A stretch of DNA of 61,841 nucleotides, the filler included, from Choristocarpus tenellus KU-1152 (lineage: Eukaryota; Protista; Phaeophyceae), in NCBI GenBank assembly GCA_964200185.2. It is 6 parts of 6 records of this genome, joined end to end, with 100 filler letters (N's around TTAATTAATTAA, not from the genome) between each part and the next. Parts side by side here need not be neighbours in the genome. Positions count along the whole stretch, not along the records: positions 30,803 to 39,296 come from CAXNAD020004650.1; positions 39,397 to 52,698 come from CAXNAD020001531.1; 4 more parts are not named here. One strand, 5' to 3'. The translations under genes were made by a program, and so were the position numbers. Numbering within the stretch: the stretch's first letter is position 1; every line of letters starts with the position of its first letter. A model generated the notes under the pieces. It made no database searches. It saw only the letters and a list, made by a program, of their open reading frames with translations, and was not told the DNA's origin. Shown here in pieces: positions 37,884 to 49,900 of the stretch.

Positions 37884-39026
37884 CATCTTCAATACACAAA
37901 CAACAAACGAGTGTTCAAGACAGATTCCATATGTATTGTATGTGTCCAGAAAAACTACAAGTCAGAACACGCTATCTTCAACTAAATACATTATAAATGT
38001 ATAGAAATATAATTCTAGGAAGTGTAGTCCTAGGCAGGTGGTATAGATGTTTTGACTTTTAGTAATAGTGTACGTTTTCCGATTCAGTGTATGAGTTAAT
38101 TAGGGGTGGTAATATATGTATCTTTACCCACACGAATTAGGGACAAAAATATGAAATATGGAAACACATCAACAAGTACTATATACATGTGTATATTTAT
38201 CCATTTAGTGCTGATTCCATTTTCAGACCCAATATTTCCAAACATCCCACTTCACTCGGTGATTGACCAAAGCATTTTACACCATTTTAGTCTCAAGTTA
38301 GCAAAGTTTGTACTGTATTCCATACTCCCTTTCTTTCACAGGTCTACAGTATTGGCAGTCGCCCCCTGCATAAACTTTGTTGTGGCTAACTCTTGATCAA
38401 CAACGAATTTGTTCATGAACACTCGTTTGTTGTAATCGCATAATCGTGCTTAACCTTGTTTGATGGGTCTCGGTTGGTCAACTTACAGTAATCGTGAGAA
38501 ATACAGGACCATACTTGAATCAAGTAGTTCGCGCGTGGGTGCCACGCGGTAGCGTGTGAATCGCGCATTTAAGGACGCTTTTGACGCCAGAAGAGATAAT
38601 CTTCACCTACCCGGAGAACATGCACGTTGTTGTCTCTCCATTCTCTTTCCATTATTTCCTGTTTGTGAGATGTTGTCACCTGCTGACTAAGGCTCACTCA
38701 TGGGGGCATGCAGCCTCTCAACCAGACAATCCATGCCAAGTCAAATGAGGTATTCTGAAGGTGCAGACCTCCTGTAATACTTGAATTTCTTGTACACCCT
38801 GTCTGATTTGGTGCACTTCCTTCCTTCTATTTGGAATATATCAGGTGGTAAGCAATACTCATCCTGAAGAACCTCTCCACAATTACTCTGGACAGTCCCC
38901 CTTCCTCCCTAAGACTGACAAGAATGTTGGCTCTCATTCCAGGCAACGCGTAGTCATAGTGACCTTAGTGCTTCGCCCGCCCCCAGACCATCTCTAACGG
39001 GTTTGATTCACAGTGTCCTGTGAGGG

Positions 39027-39296
39027 GTGTTAAAGTATCCCCAAAATCATCAAAAAGGATAGAGGTGATAAACCCGACGAGATTGCTTGGTGTCTGTAGG
39101 GTGATTGATTAAATTTAGGTGGGGCACGCAAGGCCCCATAAAATCAGAAATATTTCCTTTTATATGAGAAAAATTATCATTAAACTAATCACTAGTAAAA
39201 GGTTCTGATATGTCAACCACTACTTGATTGTTCCGTTACTCCATACATATTTTACCGTAACTGTCCGATAGAGTTGGGAAGAGTCTAATCGAACAC
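39027..39296 (+). mobile_element. LTR-like repeat, copy of the 5' part of 148-959, truncated by contig end
   Basis: Near-identical stretch ttactccatacatattttaccgtaactgtccgatagagttgg(g)aagagtctaatcgaacac. Begins TGTT after GAGGGG. Confidence 0.65.
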
Positions 39297-40988
39297 NNNN
39301 NNNNNNNNNNNNNNNNNNNNNNNNNNNNNNNNNNNNNNNNTTAATTAATTAANNNNNNNNNNNNNNNNNNNNNNNNNNNNNNNNNNNNNNNNNNNNAACA
39401 ATATAAATCCGCTTTTCCTGTTCAGTGACTAAAGGGACCCCTTCCTTTAGCCCCCCCCCACCCCCCCCCCCAGATAATTTGAACCCCATTATCCCTTCTC
39501 GCACTTGGGGCAAACGTTTCATGGTAGCAATTCCCCTTCTCCTTGTGGTCCTCCCTTAGTGACACCAATTAAGTTAGAAGGGATACCATGTATATAGGAG
39601 TAGGGTTTTGATTTTGAATAGGACAAAAGGCAGATGGGGCAGTTGATGGTTCAAAATCTCGGCAAGTGTCTATAACTGTAGTATATACCCATGCCAAGTG
39701 CAGCTCTAGCACCACCTTGACACAACCCTTACAACTCTGATCCTGACCCTTTCACAGCAGTGAACAGTGATTCTTACCCACAAATCACACCAATGAAAAT
39801 GCCTACAATGCACGTAATGTCTCAACAGCCCAAAGTTTCTTCAGAACATGAACCATACATGTGAATTTCCTTGCCACATAATGCCTTCAACCCACACACA
39901 CTATAATAGATACACTCCAGAGTGTATATGGCACTTTCTTCACATGTTGCTTTCTGCTATTGTGTGTTCCAAGAACTTGCACGGACTTACTATGTGCTGG
40001 GGTACCTTTCTAAATTTCTACCTCACAACATATCCCAGTTTCACCTCAGCTCTACCTATCGCTCAACAGGCATAATGCCACTAGTAGCCTGATTGCACAG
40101 AGTATGTGAGGTTGATTTCATATATCCATGTAATCATAGCGATACTCACCTGTAACAAAACAACTGAAAGACAGATCCAGAGACAAACCACGTACTCCTA
40201 AGAATCCTTTTTTGGTACAGATATTTAAGAGCCAGCAAAAAAGAACAACCCACTTTTAAAATGTTTGCTGCTTTGTACATACAACTCAAACTTCTGATTA
40301 CCATCCCCTACCATGAAAACCACTTGTCCTAAAGTCCAAGTCACACCAAGAATCAAGATATCCATAAGATCAAAACCAATCTTCTTGAGGAGTCAATAAT
40401 ATATAAATACGTGTCTGCCTAGTCACCTGTCCTACCCTGTCAACCATGACTTACACACCCCTTGCAAATAAAAAACTAAGTTCTTCTTTTCCAGATAATG
40501 AATCATCTTGACACTGCATACGGATACTGTCTGCAAATGATAACACATAATTTTCTCAGAAATGCTTCTCATTTGATGATTTCTCATCATAAACAGGGCA
40601 ATTGCAGACTCCAACGAGCTTCACAGACAACAAGTAGACTGCCATAGGGGAAAAAAAGATATATCATTGCCACATGCCACAATACAGTTACTCAATATAT
40701 TGCTGGTACTCCATGTAGTCCCCCAATCTATATACTCACATAGTTACTTCCAATCAAACAAATGTGTAGTATTCCTAACTTAGCCATGATGCATCTAAGA
40801 AAGGACAATCAAATGCCAGAAAGTGCCAGAAAATGACTGCAAGGGCAAGCAAAAACAGAAAGAAAATATTTTGAAGAGCACGGTTTCTGGCCTGTGACAC
40901 AGGGGATCGTACTCAAGAAATGTGCTAATACTCACTGTCATAACCTACCTGGCAGCAACAATCACATGCAGTAGCAATATCTTCTTAC

Positions 40989-43900
40989 CTCTCCTCCTCC
41001 ACACAACCCTTTTCCCTCTTCATTGTCTCTCGAGACTGTGATCTCTCCCACAGTAGGCAGTGCTTCTAACCGTTCCTCCAATGTGGTTCCATCTCCACGG
41101 CACTCTCCAATGCGATGCACTCCACACTCAGGTAAAAATATTGGAGAAATGGCTGCATTTGGTGATATGGCCTAGGAGGTGTCGTCATAGGAAAGGACTA
41201 TAAGTCACTTATTAAAAACTACATTGAAGCACTCCTCAGTAGTATGAAAGCAGAACACCATCTCACATCGGAATTTCACCCCCTTTAACCACTGCAGGGT
41301 AGAAGCCTAACTTCATATTCTTCACCCCAAATTCCAGGAGAGGAATATGCTTCTTCCCCCCCGCTTCATATCAATGCTTTTAAAATATGCAACATAGTGT
41401 AGTCAAACATGCTCTCCAAACTATTGCATATGGTGATCGATCAATCCAATATATCCCAAGAATGCATGACTTCTAAAGTGGAATAGCATACTTAAGAAGT
41501 AGCCTCAAAGTTGCTGGCATGGTGAAGGCACAAAATGTTTTTCAATAAGATATATAGAAAATTCCAATCAACTTCCCCTTATGGGTTCCAACAAATCAAC
41601 ATTTTCTCACTATTCTGCAACAAAAATGGGGCATATATTTTTCCACATTCTCCCTGTCAGACTGTACAAAACATCCCAACTCTATTCAGCTTATCCACAA
41701 TAGAGCAAGGAATGATTATGCTCAACTCCCATTCCAAGGATGTATTCTTTCCTCCAGTACTTTTGTAGAATCGGCCCCTCTCTGGTACCTTTGTGGACAG
41801 ATAAAAGGCTGACTATGCAGTGCAAACAGGAAGGTCTACAATACAGTGGAGAAAGGGCTGGGTTCCAGTGAAGACATCCAACTCAGGCAAGCAAGGCTGT
41901 AGAAACATCACAGACTCACCTCTGTTGTCTCCCCTCGAAAAGTCAATTTGAAGTAGGCACCTTCATCTTCTGCTTCTTCAGCAGTGCTGTTACCAATGAT
42001 AAGGCATTCCAATATCTGAACTTCTGTGACATTGGGGGTCAGTGTGGCAGCAGTTGCAACCACCTGCTGAGTTGTTAATACTTCACTTGCACCTTGATAC
42101 CCAACCTTCATTCGGGCACCCGTTCCAGTCAGGTTCCAATCCTGCACACCTACCACTGGCAGAGTTGTTGGATTGATTTGTTCTCCTACTTTCAGTTCAA
42201 CCTCTGGGATAAAAGCAATAGTCCAGCGGTAACCTCCCCCCATCCTAGGACCAGAGCGTTCTACTTGGACAGCAATTCCCAAAGCCTGAACTGGACTAAG
42301 CTTGGCTAAGGCATCCCTCAGAGCCTTAGCAGTCACATCATAAGGCAGAGGTGCTGTCACTTGTGGAGCCTGCAATGTTTGATAGTACAGTGGTAGAGGT
42401 TAGTAGTGGTCCATTCATTCATTACCACAGTATGCACTCAACCACTAGGGGCATTGCCATGCTGTCTAAATGCCACTGATGAAGTACCACCATTGTATGC
42501 TGCAAAAATACTGCTCCTTACAGACAAAGTATAAAACCTTCAAAAAAATCTTATCCTTTCTTCACTTTTATCTTTTCATACCTCGCCAGAATCTCCAGAT
42601 ACAACCAGAGAGAAGTGACCTCCAATAGGACTGATGCCATTGGCAGTTGTTGCCACGTGCACTGCTGCACTTGAGCCACCAATACCCCCACCATCAGGCT
42701 CAAGGGCCTGGAAGTCGCCCCCACCTCCAAGAAAAGTTACAGTCCAGCTCAGCTCCCCCTGAGGCGATGGCTTTGATCTTGCCACATTCACCTTCCCTAT
42801 TGTGTCCAAACTGGTCAATGCTGACATGATGTCGGCTCCGGTGGCATGCACAGAGATTGGCCTTGTTGTTACTGGTTCTTGGAAGGAGTGACCACTATGG
42901 GTAAGTGAAAATGTCCCTGAAAGTGGTGATGTGCCAGGTGTCACCTCTTCCACCTTGCCAGACAGATTGAAGTTGAAATAGTAAATTTGGCGCTTCCCAC
43001 TTAAATAGGATCAAAGCATCAGTGTATGTTCACTTTTCATTGTGTGTCAGCAGCACATTGCTCCAAGCACTTGACAAAAAGAGTAAATAGACATTAGTTG
43101 TTCAGACCCATCCATCTGCCCCATAGATTCAACTCTACATATCTTCTGGTGGAGACCAACTGGTGGCTGGGTATTGCAACTGCTGCTCTAGTTCTCATCA
43201 GTGCTATATCTGCCAGCATAATACTTGAAAATAGCTTGTACGCTTCTACAGGGCAAAAACTCTCAGAGAGTATCACTTAAATACTTTGAGGCAGTGAAAA
43301 TGATATGAAAGACAAGGTCAGCAAAAAATAATACACAGTCAGAGCATGGATTGCCCAACCTAGGCACCTCCATCAATAACATGAGGACAACACCTAGTGT
43401 TGTGTGCATTGCGCCTTAGCCATTTGTGTACCCTAATCTATGCTATCTCTCATCTTTCACAATCTATGCTTCGCAATCTCCGAAGGGCTCACCTCCATAC
43501 GAGATCCAACTGCTGCTTGAGCGTATTCAGGCCAGGCCTCTGGCCAGAATGCTTCACAAGTTTCACAGCGCTTGCGAACAGCACGTCCTTCTGCAGTACG
43601 CCCCAATGACCATACAGCTGAAAGGAGTGGTAGGTCACCTCCATCCCCTACAAAGGTCACCTCCCATTCCCACAGCCAGTACTGTAGGCTAGATAAAGAC
43701 GAATTTGTAGTACTGTTCAAGGTTTGATTAGAGCCATGTGCATATGGCTGGGCCTCCCCATTCACAGTCTTTGTAACCCGCACATCACCCACATTTGGCA
43801 GCTTCTCAAGCGCTGTTGCCACCTTAGACAATGGGTTTCATAGGATAAGAGGCGGGGTGTTTTAGATTGTTTTGCTGGTTTCTTCACCAGGTGTACAACT

Positions 43901-46900
43901 ATCAGTTTGCAGAAATGAGTACTCTAAACTATCCAGCTTTTGGAGTGTACTGTAGGTCTGCCAGACTTTCATATACCAATTGCTACACTCTTGGACTGTG
44001 TTTCTTCCACAATGTCGTCTCTTGAAAGACCACAATGGCATAATTGAACTGATTCATCAGGAATAAGGGTCTTGCATTGGCCAATAGATCTTCACAGCGT
44101 AAAAATGTCTTCACAAGAAGAGAATGGGACGTTGGGAAGTCAGACTGAGTGATAGAATTGTCGATACATACAGCTAATCAAATTTCACACCGAACATAAG
44201 ATCCCTCCTAACTTCTATACAACCATTCTTCAGCCCATATTGTTCCTTGCAAATGTTCAACAGAAGACCTCCTGCTAAAGACAGCCACACATACTAGTTC
44301 AATGCACGATCAGATGATCTACAAAATGGGCTTCCAGCGGCATCGGTTACTTCGGATATGCTGTGTGCACCCCTTGGGTAGCATGACGAAAGAGAAAATA
44401 AGTGTGTGACTTACACAAGTGGGTACAGCACCTGTTTGACACTTGTCTAGTAAGACTAAAGGCAAGTCAAGATATCCCAAGGACCTCACCTCTGCAGCTG
44501 TGGAGTTGAACCCTAGCTGAGAGGTCCAGAAGACATCATCCTGCTCAGCTGTCTCTCTTGCCCACCTGCTTCCCAAACTTGTCACATCTTGCCCCCCTGC
44601 CTCCAGTCGGAAGGTGCCACTTGTCAATGAATCGTTGGCCCTGAGATAGACTCTTTGAATTTCGTTTGATAGGCAACCTCGTGCAACCTCATCAGCAGTC
44701 ACAGTGGCATTCCATGACCTGGAATATGATGCATACGTTGGAAAGTATAAGCAAAACTCCAGGCCAATATAGGTGGTGCATGACAAGGACAAGGGAGACA
44801 AAAAAAAACACCAAAAGGCCACACCTAACCTCACCTTCAACACACAAGACAAACAATAAAATTTGAAGGTTGATAGCAACATCACAAAAAAGAGCACGCT
44901 GATATTCGGCAGGTAGAATGCACAACATAATAACTCAATAGATATGTCTGTAAAATACATGGCAAGAAGAAAATGTATACCATGTATCATCCTTATTGGG
45001 ATTGGCTGCCTCAACCGTCCAGTTCACGATGCTGAGAAGGGGGACATCTCCTCCCCTCGTCAAGAAGGTTATCATGTGACGGCTGATCAGGTTTACATGA
45101 TCTACAAGAGAGGACTTTTTCCAACGTGACACCCTCACTCTCCCAGCCATTGGTAAGGCCTCGACAGCCTCCCTTAGCTCATGAGAGCTGCTGCTTGGGT
45201 CAAGTATTGAGGCTCCTGTGACTGACATCGTAGTGTTATCAGTCTCATTGTACCGTGTGTCAAGAGAAATGAAGATGTCACCAACAGATAATGGCCCTGG
45301 CGCAAAGACATCAAGCTGCTGAATCTCATATCGCCATGGAACAGAGGTACGAATGACCTGAACAGTGGTGAGGATAAAGAAAGTTATAAAGAATTCACTT
45401 GGCCGATTAGGGATGTGGATGACCAATGTACTACGGGTCAACTTCACTGTTTCATCAGGAACTTCCCTGAGCTAGTATCAGGGTTAAAAACAACAAATTG
45501 AGAGCGAGTAAGGACAGCAAAATGGTGAGGCAGCGAATCAGTAAGTATTGCATAGGATTCAACTGTTTGAACTATCTATTTTCAACAAATTTCCTTTTCA
45601 TCTTGATAATAAAAAGCTGCACCTTATGAAATAATGCCAAGGATAAGCATCTCTGGCAAGCAGGGTGGTAATACATGAAGCAGGGGTTGGTACCTGTTTC
45701 TTCCTACACCTACCAACAGACATGCAATCCTTTGTAGAATGAAATGCACAGCTACGACAAAACACATGACCTGCACTCATACACTACTCAAGTTCCTTTC
45801 ACAATATCAAGAAATTATTAAGCTCTGATATCCTACCTGAATCTCCGGCAGAACTTGATCAACCAAGCCCACTGTCTCCACAATCGCAGCTTGTGAAGTC
45901 CAGTCGCCATGTATTGTGGAGACAGCCAACCTTTCAGCCTCCGGTCCCAGCAGCAAGAAGCCCTCCCTGGCTGATAACTCTACGGTGACCTCCTCATTGT
46001 CCACTGTATCTTCTAATACTCGCTCCAGCCCAAAAACAGGAACATCTGTGTCCTCCTCTGTTACAACCAGCGGAAGAAATTTCTTGTCAATGCCAACACA
46101 ATCAAGCTCCTCCTCCTTTAACATTGATGAGTTATCTGTGTCCACAACAAACCTATGGACAGGAATTGTTGAGTTTGTGAAACCAACTCCACCTGCCCCT
46201 GTGAACCCATTGTCACTTGCAGTCACCAAAATCTCATCATTCATCTTCTCAGAATTATTGCCCCAGCTGAATGTCAATGTTGTCAGGACATTGTTGAGGT
46301 ACTTAGGTCGCCCCCGGAGGCGAACCTTGCCCCAGCTGCCACCTTCATCCTGAAGACCATTTCGGGCCGCCGTTAAGTTACTAACAGCAATATGCCCCCC
46401 ACCTAAGGCATAGATATGTACATCAAGATAGCCTTTGCCCCAGTCTCCCTCATTTACATCATGGTCATGAATTCGCACACCAGAGATAGATGTGGTCAAA
46501 AGTCCTCCAGCAGCTGCTATGACTGCTGGTACCTGAATAGTTGGTGGATCGTTTATCCAACCAACAGATATCTTCACCCTGAAAGAGGTCAAAGAGTCAC
46601 TAGGGGAGAGAAGAGAGGAGAAATGATGTGAGTGTCCACCTTCTGATGATACAATTACATCCACTAGAGCAAGGGCGCCCTTGTCCCACCAAGAGCGCAC
46701 TGGAGTACCTCCAGAAGTATCATTGAATAACCAAAGACCACTGAATTGAGGTCGAGGATGAAAGGTCAATCCTGAGAGGGCAGAAGTTAGCTTGGACGGT
46801 TGCCCTCTCAAGCACAATCTCGGTCCTGTTGGGCCAGTGCCATCTACAAATTCCACACCTGCAGGTCCAGTATGGACCAACGAAACATTTCCACCCACGG

Positions 46901-49900
46901 CCAACACTGTGACTTCAACTACACCACGGCTGTTCAAAGAGCCTCCAGATATCAGTGGATCTGGTAGAGTCAATGCTTCCCCCTCAAGAGTATACAAAAC
47001 AGAATCTCTCTCCAGACCCACAATTTCCACAGCTAGAGGAGGGATAAACTGGGCTACATTCACTGTAAGAACACCAGTTGCCACTCCAACAACACCACTT
47101 CCACAGTTGCCACCATCACTGACATTGACCCAGGCATTGTCTAGACCTGAAAATTCTTTTGGGGCATTGTAGAACAAGTGCCCTCCCAGAAAGGCGGCCT
47201 GCAGAGTCCCCAACGAGGCCTGCAGAGTCAGCATTTCCCCAGAGGCTGCAGTTGGTGCCCCAACAACTCGTACACCAACAGCCTCATTAGTGTAGAGTCC
47301 CATGGAGCCAATCCCAGGTGTAATACTAACAGTCAAAGAGTTCCTGCCTTCAACACCACGCATGTTTAGACAAATGCTGGAGTCATCAGAAACATCAATA
47401 TCCTCAATTTCTATTCCTGTGATTGCTTCATCTCGGCCAGCAGTTGCATTAGCCACTGGTTCGCCTTTGGCTCCAGGTAGTGTGAGTACAGGTGGGTCAT
47501 TGATTGGTTGCACAAACAGGTATGCCTTTGCCTCAGATGCAACATTCTCCCCATCTTCTACTCGGACAAGTAAAGTATCTCGTCCTGCATAATCTGCCAT
47601 GGGCCTATAAACCAGAGTTTTCAATACATTTTGTAAGTCAGCCGCCAGGCCTCGCAGCTCAATTCTAGATATCTCAGCCCCAGGTGTGTCTACTACCTCC
47701 ACACTCACCCCCATACTCATAACATCATCAACCAGGTTGGTTGTAGACTCAATCCAACCATGGCCTGCCCCCAACCCAACTATTATCACAGAGTCTGGAT
47801 CCGAAACCAACACAAAATCAAGTACCAATGTATCATCTTCATCCACAAAATGCGCCCCTGGTAGCAATTTTAGGTAGGGGGGGTCATTCTTCGCTTTGAT
47901 TACAATCTCAAAACTAGCAGAGACCTCCAGAGGTCCCCCTTCACCCACGTTTCCAAGATCATTTATGTGAACAAAAATTATATCCTCTCCACTCCATTCA
48001 GTCCTTCCCCTGTATACTAACCGAAGAAGTCCTTTGTTCAATGCCTCCAGTCCTCCACGGACAACCAGCACTGAAGAGGCTTCCCCTTCCTCACCTCCCT
48101 CAACCAGCTGCAGACCCCCCTGGTAAGCTCTTGGTATGAAGATTGCACCTTGCATAACCATAAGCCGGAGTTCCATGACACTTTCATCAAACTCTTCAAT
48201 ATCAGGATCAAAGATGACAAGGCCCTTCTCCCCCCTGCCCAGGTGTAGATCAATATCCTCCATCCCCTCAAATACTCCCCCCACACTATCTATCCTCATG
48301 ATAGATGGGATATCGTTCACAGGTGAAACATGGACCTCAAACTTTGTGCGGCTGTATCCACCCTCTATTGAGGTGACTGGGCTGTGATCCCAGGCCTCCA
48401 CCTGCCAATGGGATAGGTATGTGTTAAAATAGATGGTTTGAAGAAAGGACAGCAACCTAGGGTGTTGTGGATGTCGCATAAAAAAATTCTGACATCCTTG
48501 TATCCGAAATATTACGAACTATATCTTAGAACACATCTCGTACACAACCAGATGCCTGACAAACAGTCAGCATCATCCAGCACTGCTAGGACGGCAATGG
48601 ATACTACATACTGAAATGGTGCGCTGAACAATAACAAAGAGGGAAGTGTAACTAAGCCTTCACTCACTCAACATTTGTAAGTGAAATGGGCACACACCTC
48701 AACCCAGTCCCTGCCATTGACAACTGAATTCCAGTTCAGAGCACCAGTGTAGGTAAGTCCAGAGAGAGCAGTTCCCACATCTTCCAAGGTGCCCTCCAAA
48801 ATGGCACTTGAGCCGGAATCACCACCCTGTGACTCAACTATGGACAACATCTTCCTGCTACCTGATACTGTGTCAATCCTCCCCATTCCAGCCGTCAACT
48901 TGACCCGCACAGAAGAATCATCAACATCATACACCACAAAAGCACCCATGACTGTTGCTGTGTCCTCATCAACATAGAGTAGTCCTCCTGCAGTGAGAAT
49001 TGACTCAGGAAGGTTTATAACCGGCGAATCATTAACATCAGAAACCTCAACAGCTGTCGAGGCCAAGGCAAAAAGCTCTTTCCCTATACCATTGTTCCCT
49101 AAGTCCCCTACTCTAAAAACGATGGTGTCTCGCCCACTAAACTCGGGGGTACCTCGGTAGCTCAGTCCCACCAGGGCTGCATTCGCAAGAGATAGCATCC
49201 CTTGAAACCTTATGCTCCCATGCACTGCCTCGACCACCCACAACCCCGTGATTGATTCAAGCTGTAATGTGCCATTGGTTGCTGTCACGTTCACCTCAAT
49301 AACACTACCAGGTACTTCCTCAACATCTATATCTTTAAGTACAATACCAGGCACAGTCACACTGTTGTCCTCCTTTATGGATAGGATTTCAGGAACCGTC
49401 AAAGAAGGGGGGTCATTGACAGCCTCGACAATAACAGTCACTGTCTCAGTTGTTGACCCACCCCCTCCCTGCAGTGAGATTTGGAGAAGGTTGAAAATGT
49501 GTTGGGAGTTAGAAGTAGATGTACGCAACACATGCTTGAAGGATGTAAGCACATTGTAGAGTGTGGTGCCACCACTTCATCACATAGGGGGGCCTCCCAG
49601 CAAACTTTATTGGACAAATTTGCAACACTTGAAGGTCATGTTTGTGGTAAAACTAATGTTTCGCTGTTCTGCTTGAAGTGCAACAGAATAGAATCTGAAC
49701 AGTTTATCAATGCCTACACCATTTCAAACATTGAAAACAATGACATCAACAAGGAAAGTGTGTTGTTACCAGGAAATGAAAACTAAAAGTTAGCACCGTA
49801 GTACCTAAACTAGTGGAACACCATCCACTAGCCCTAGAGGGAAGTCAGAACCAAACGAACACTACATACAAGTGTGTGTATAATCCCTAGTGGTGAACTT

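Noticed and set aside
45916-47877. Several plus-strand ORFs (45916-46353, 46792-47172 and others)
   Set aside because: Antisense shadows of the long minus-strand coding exon.
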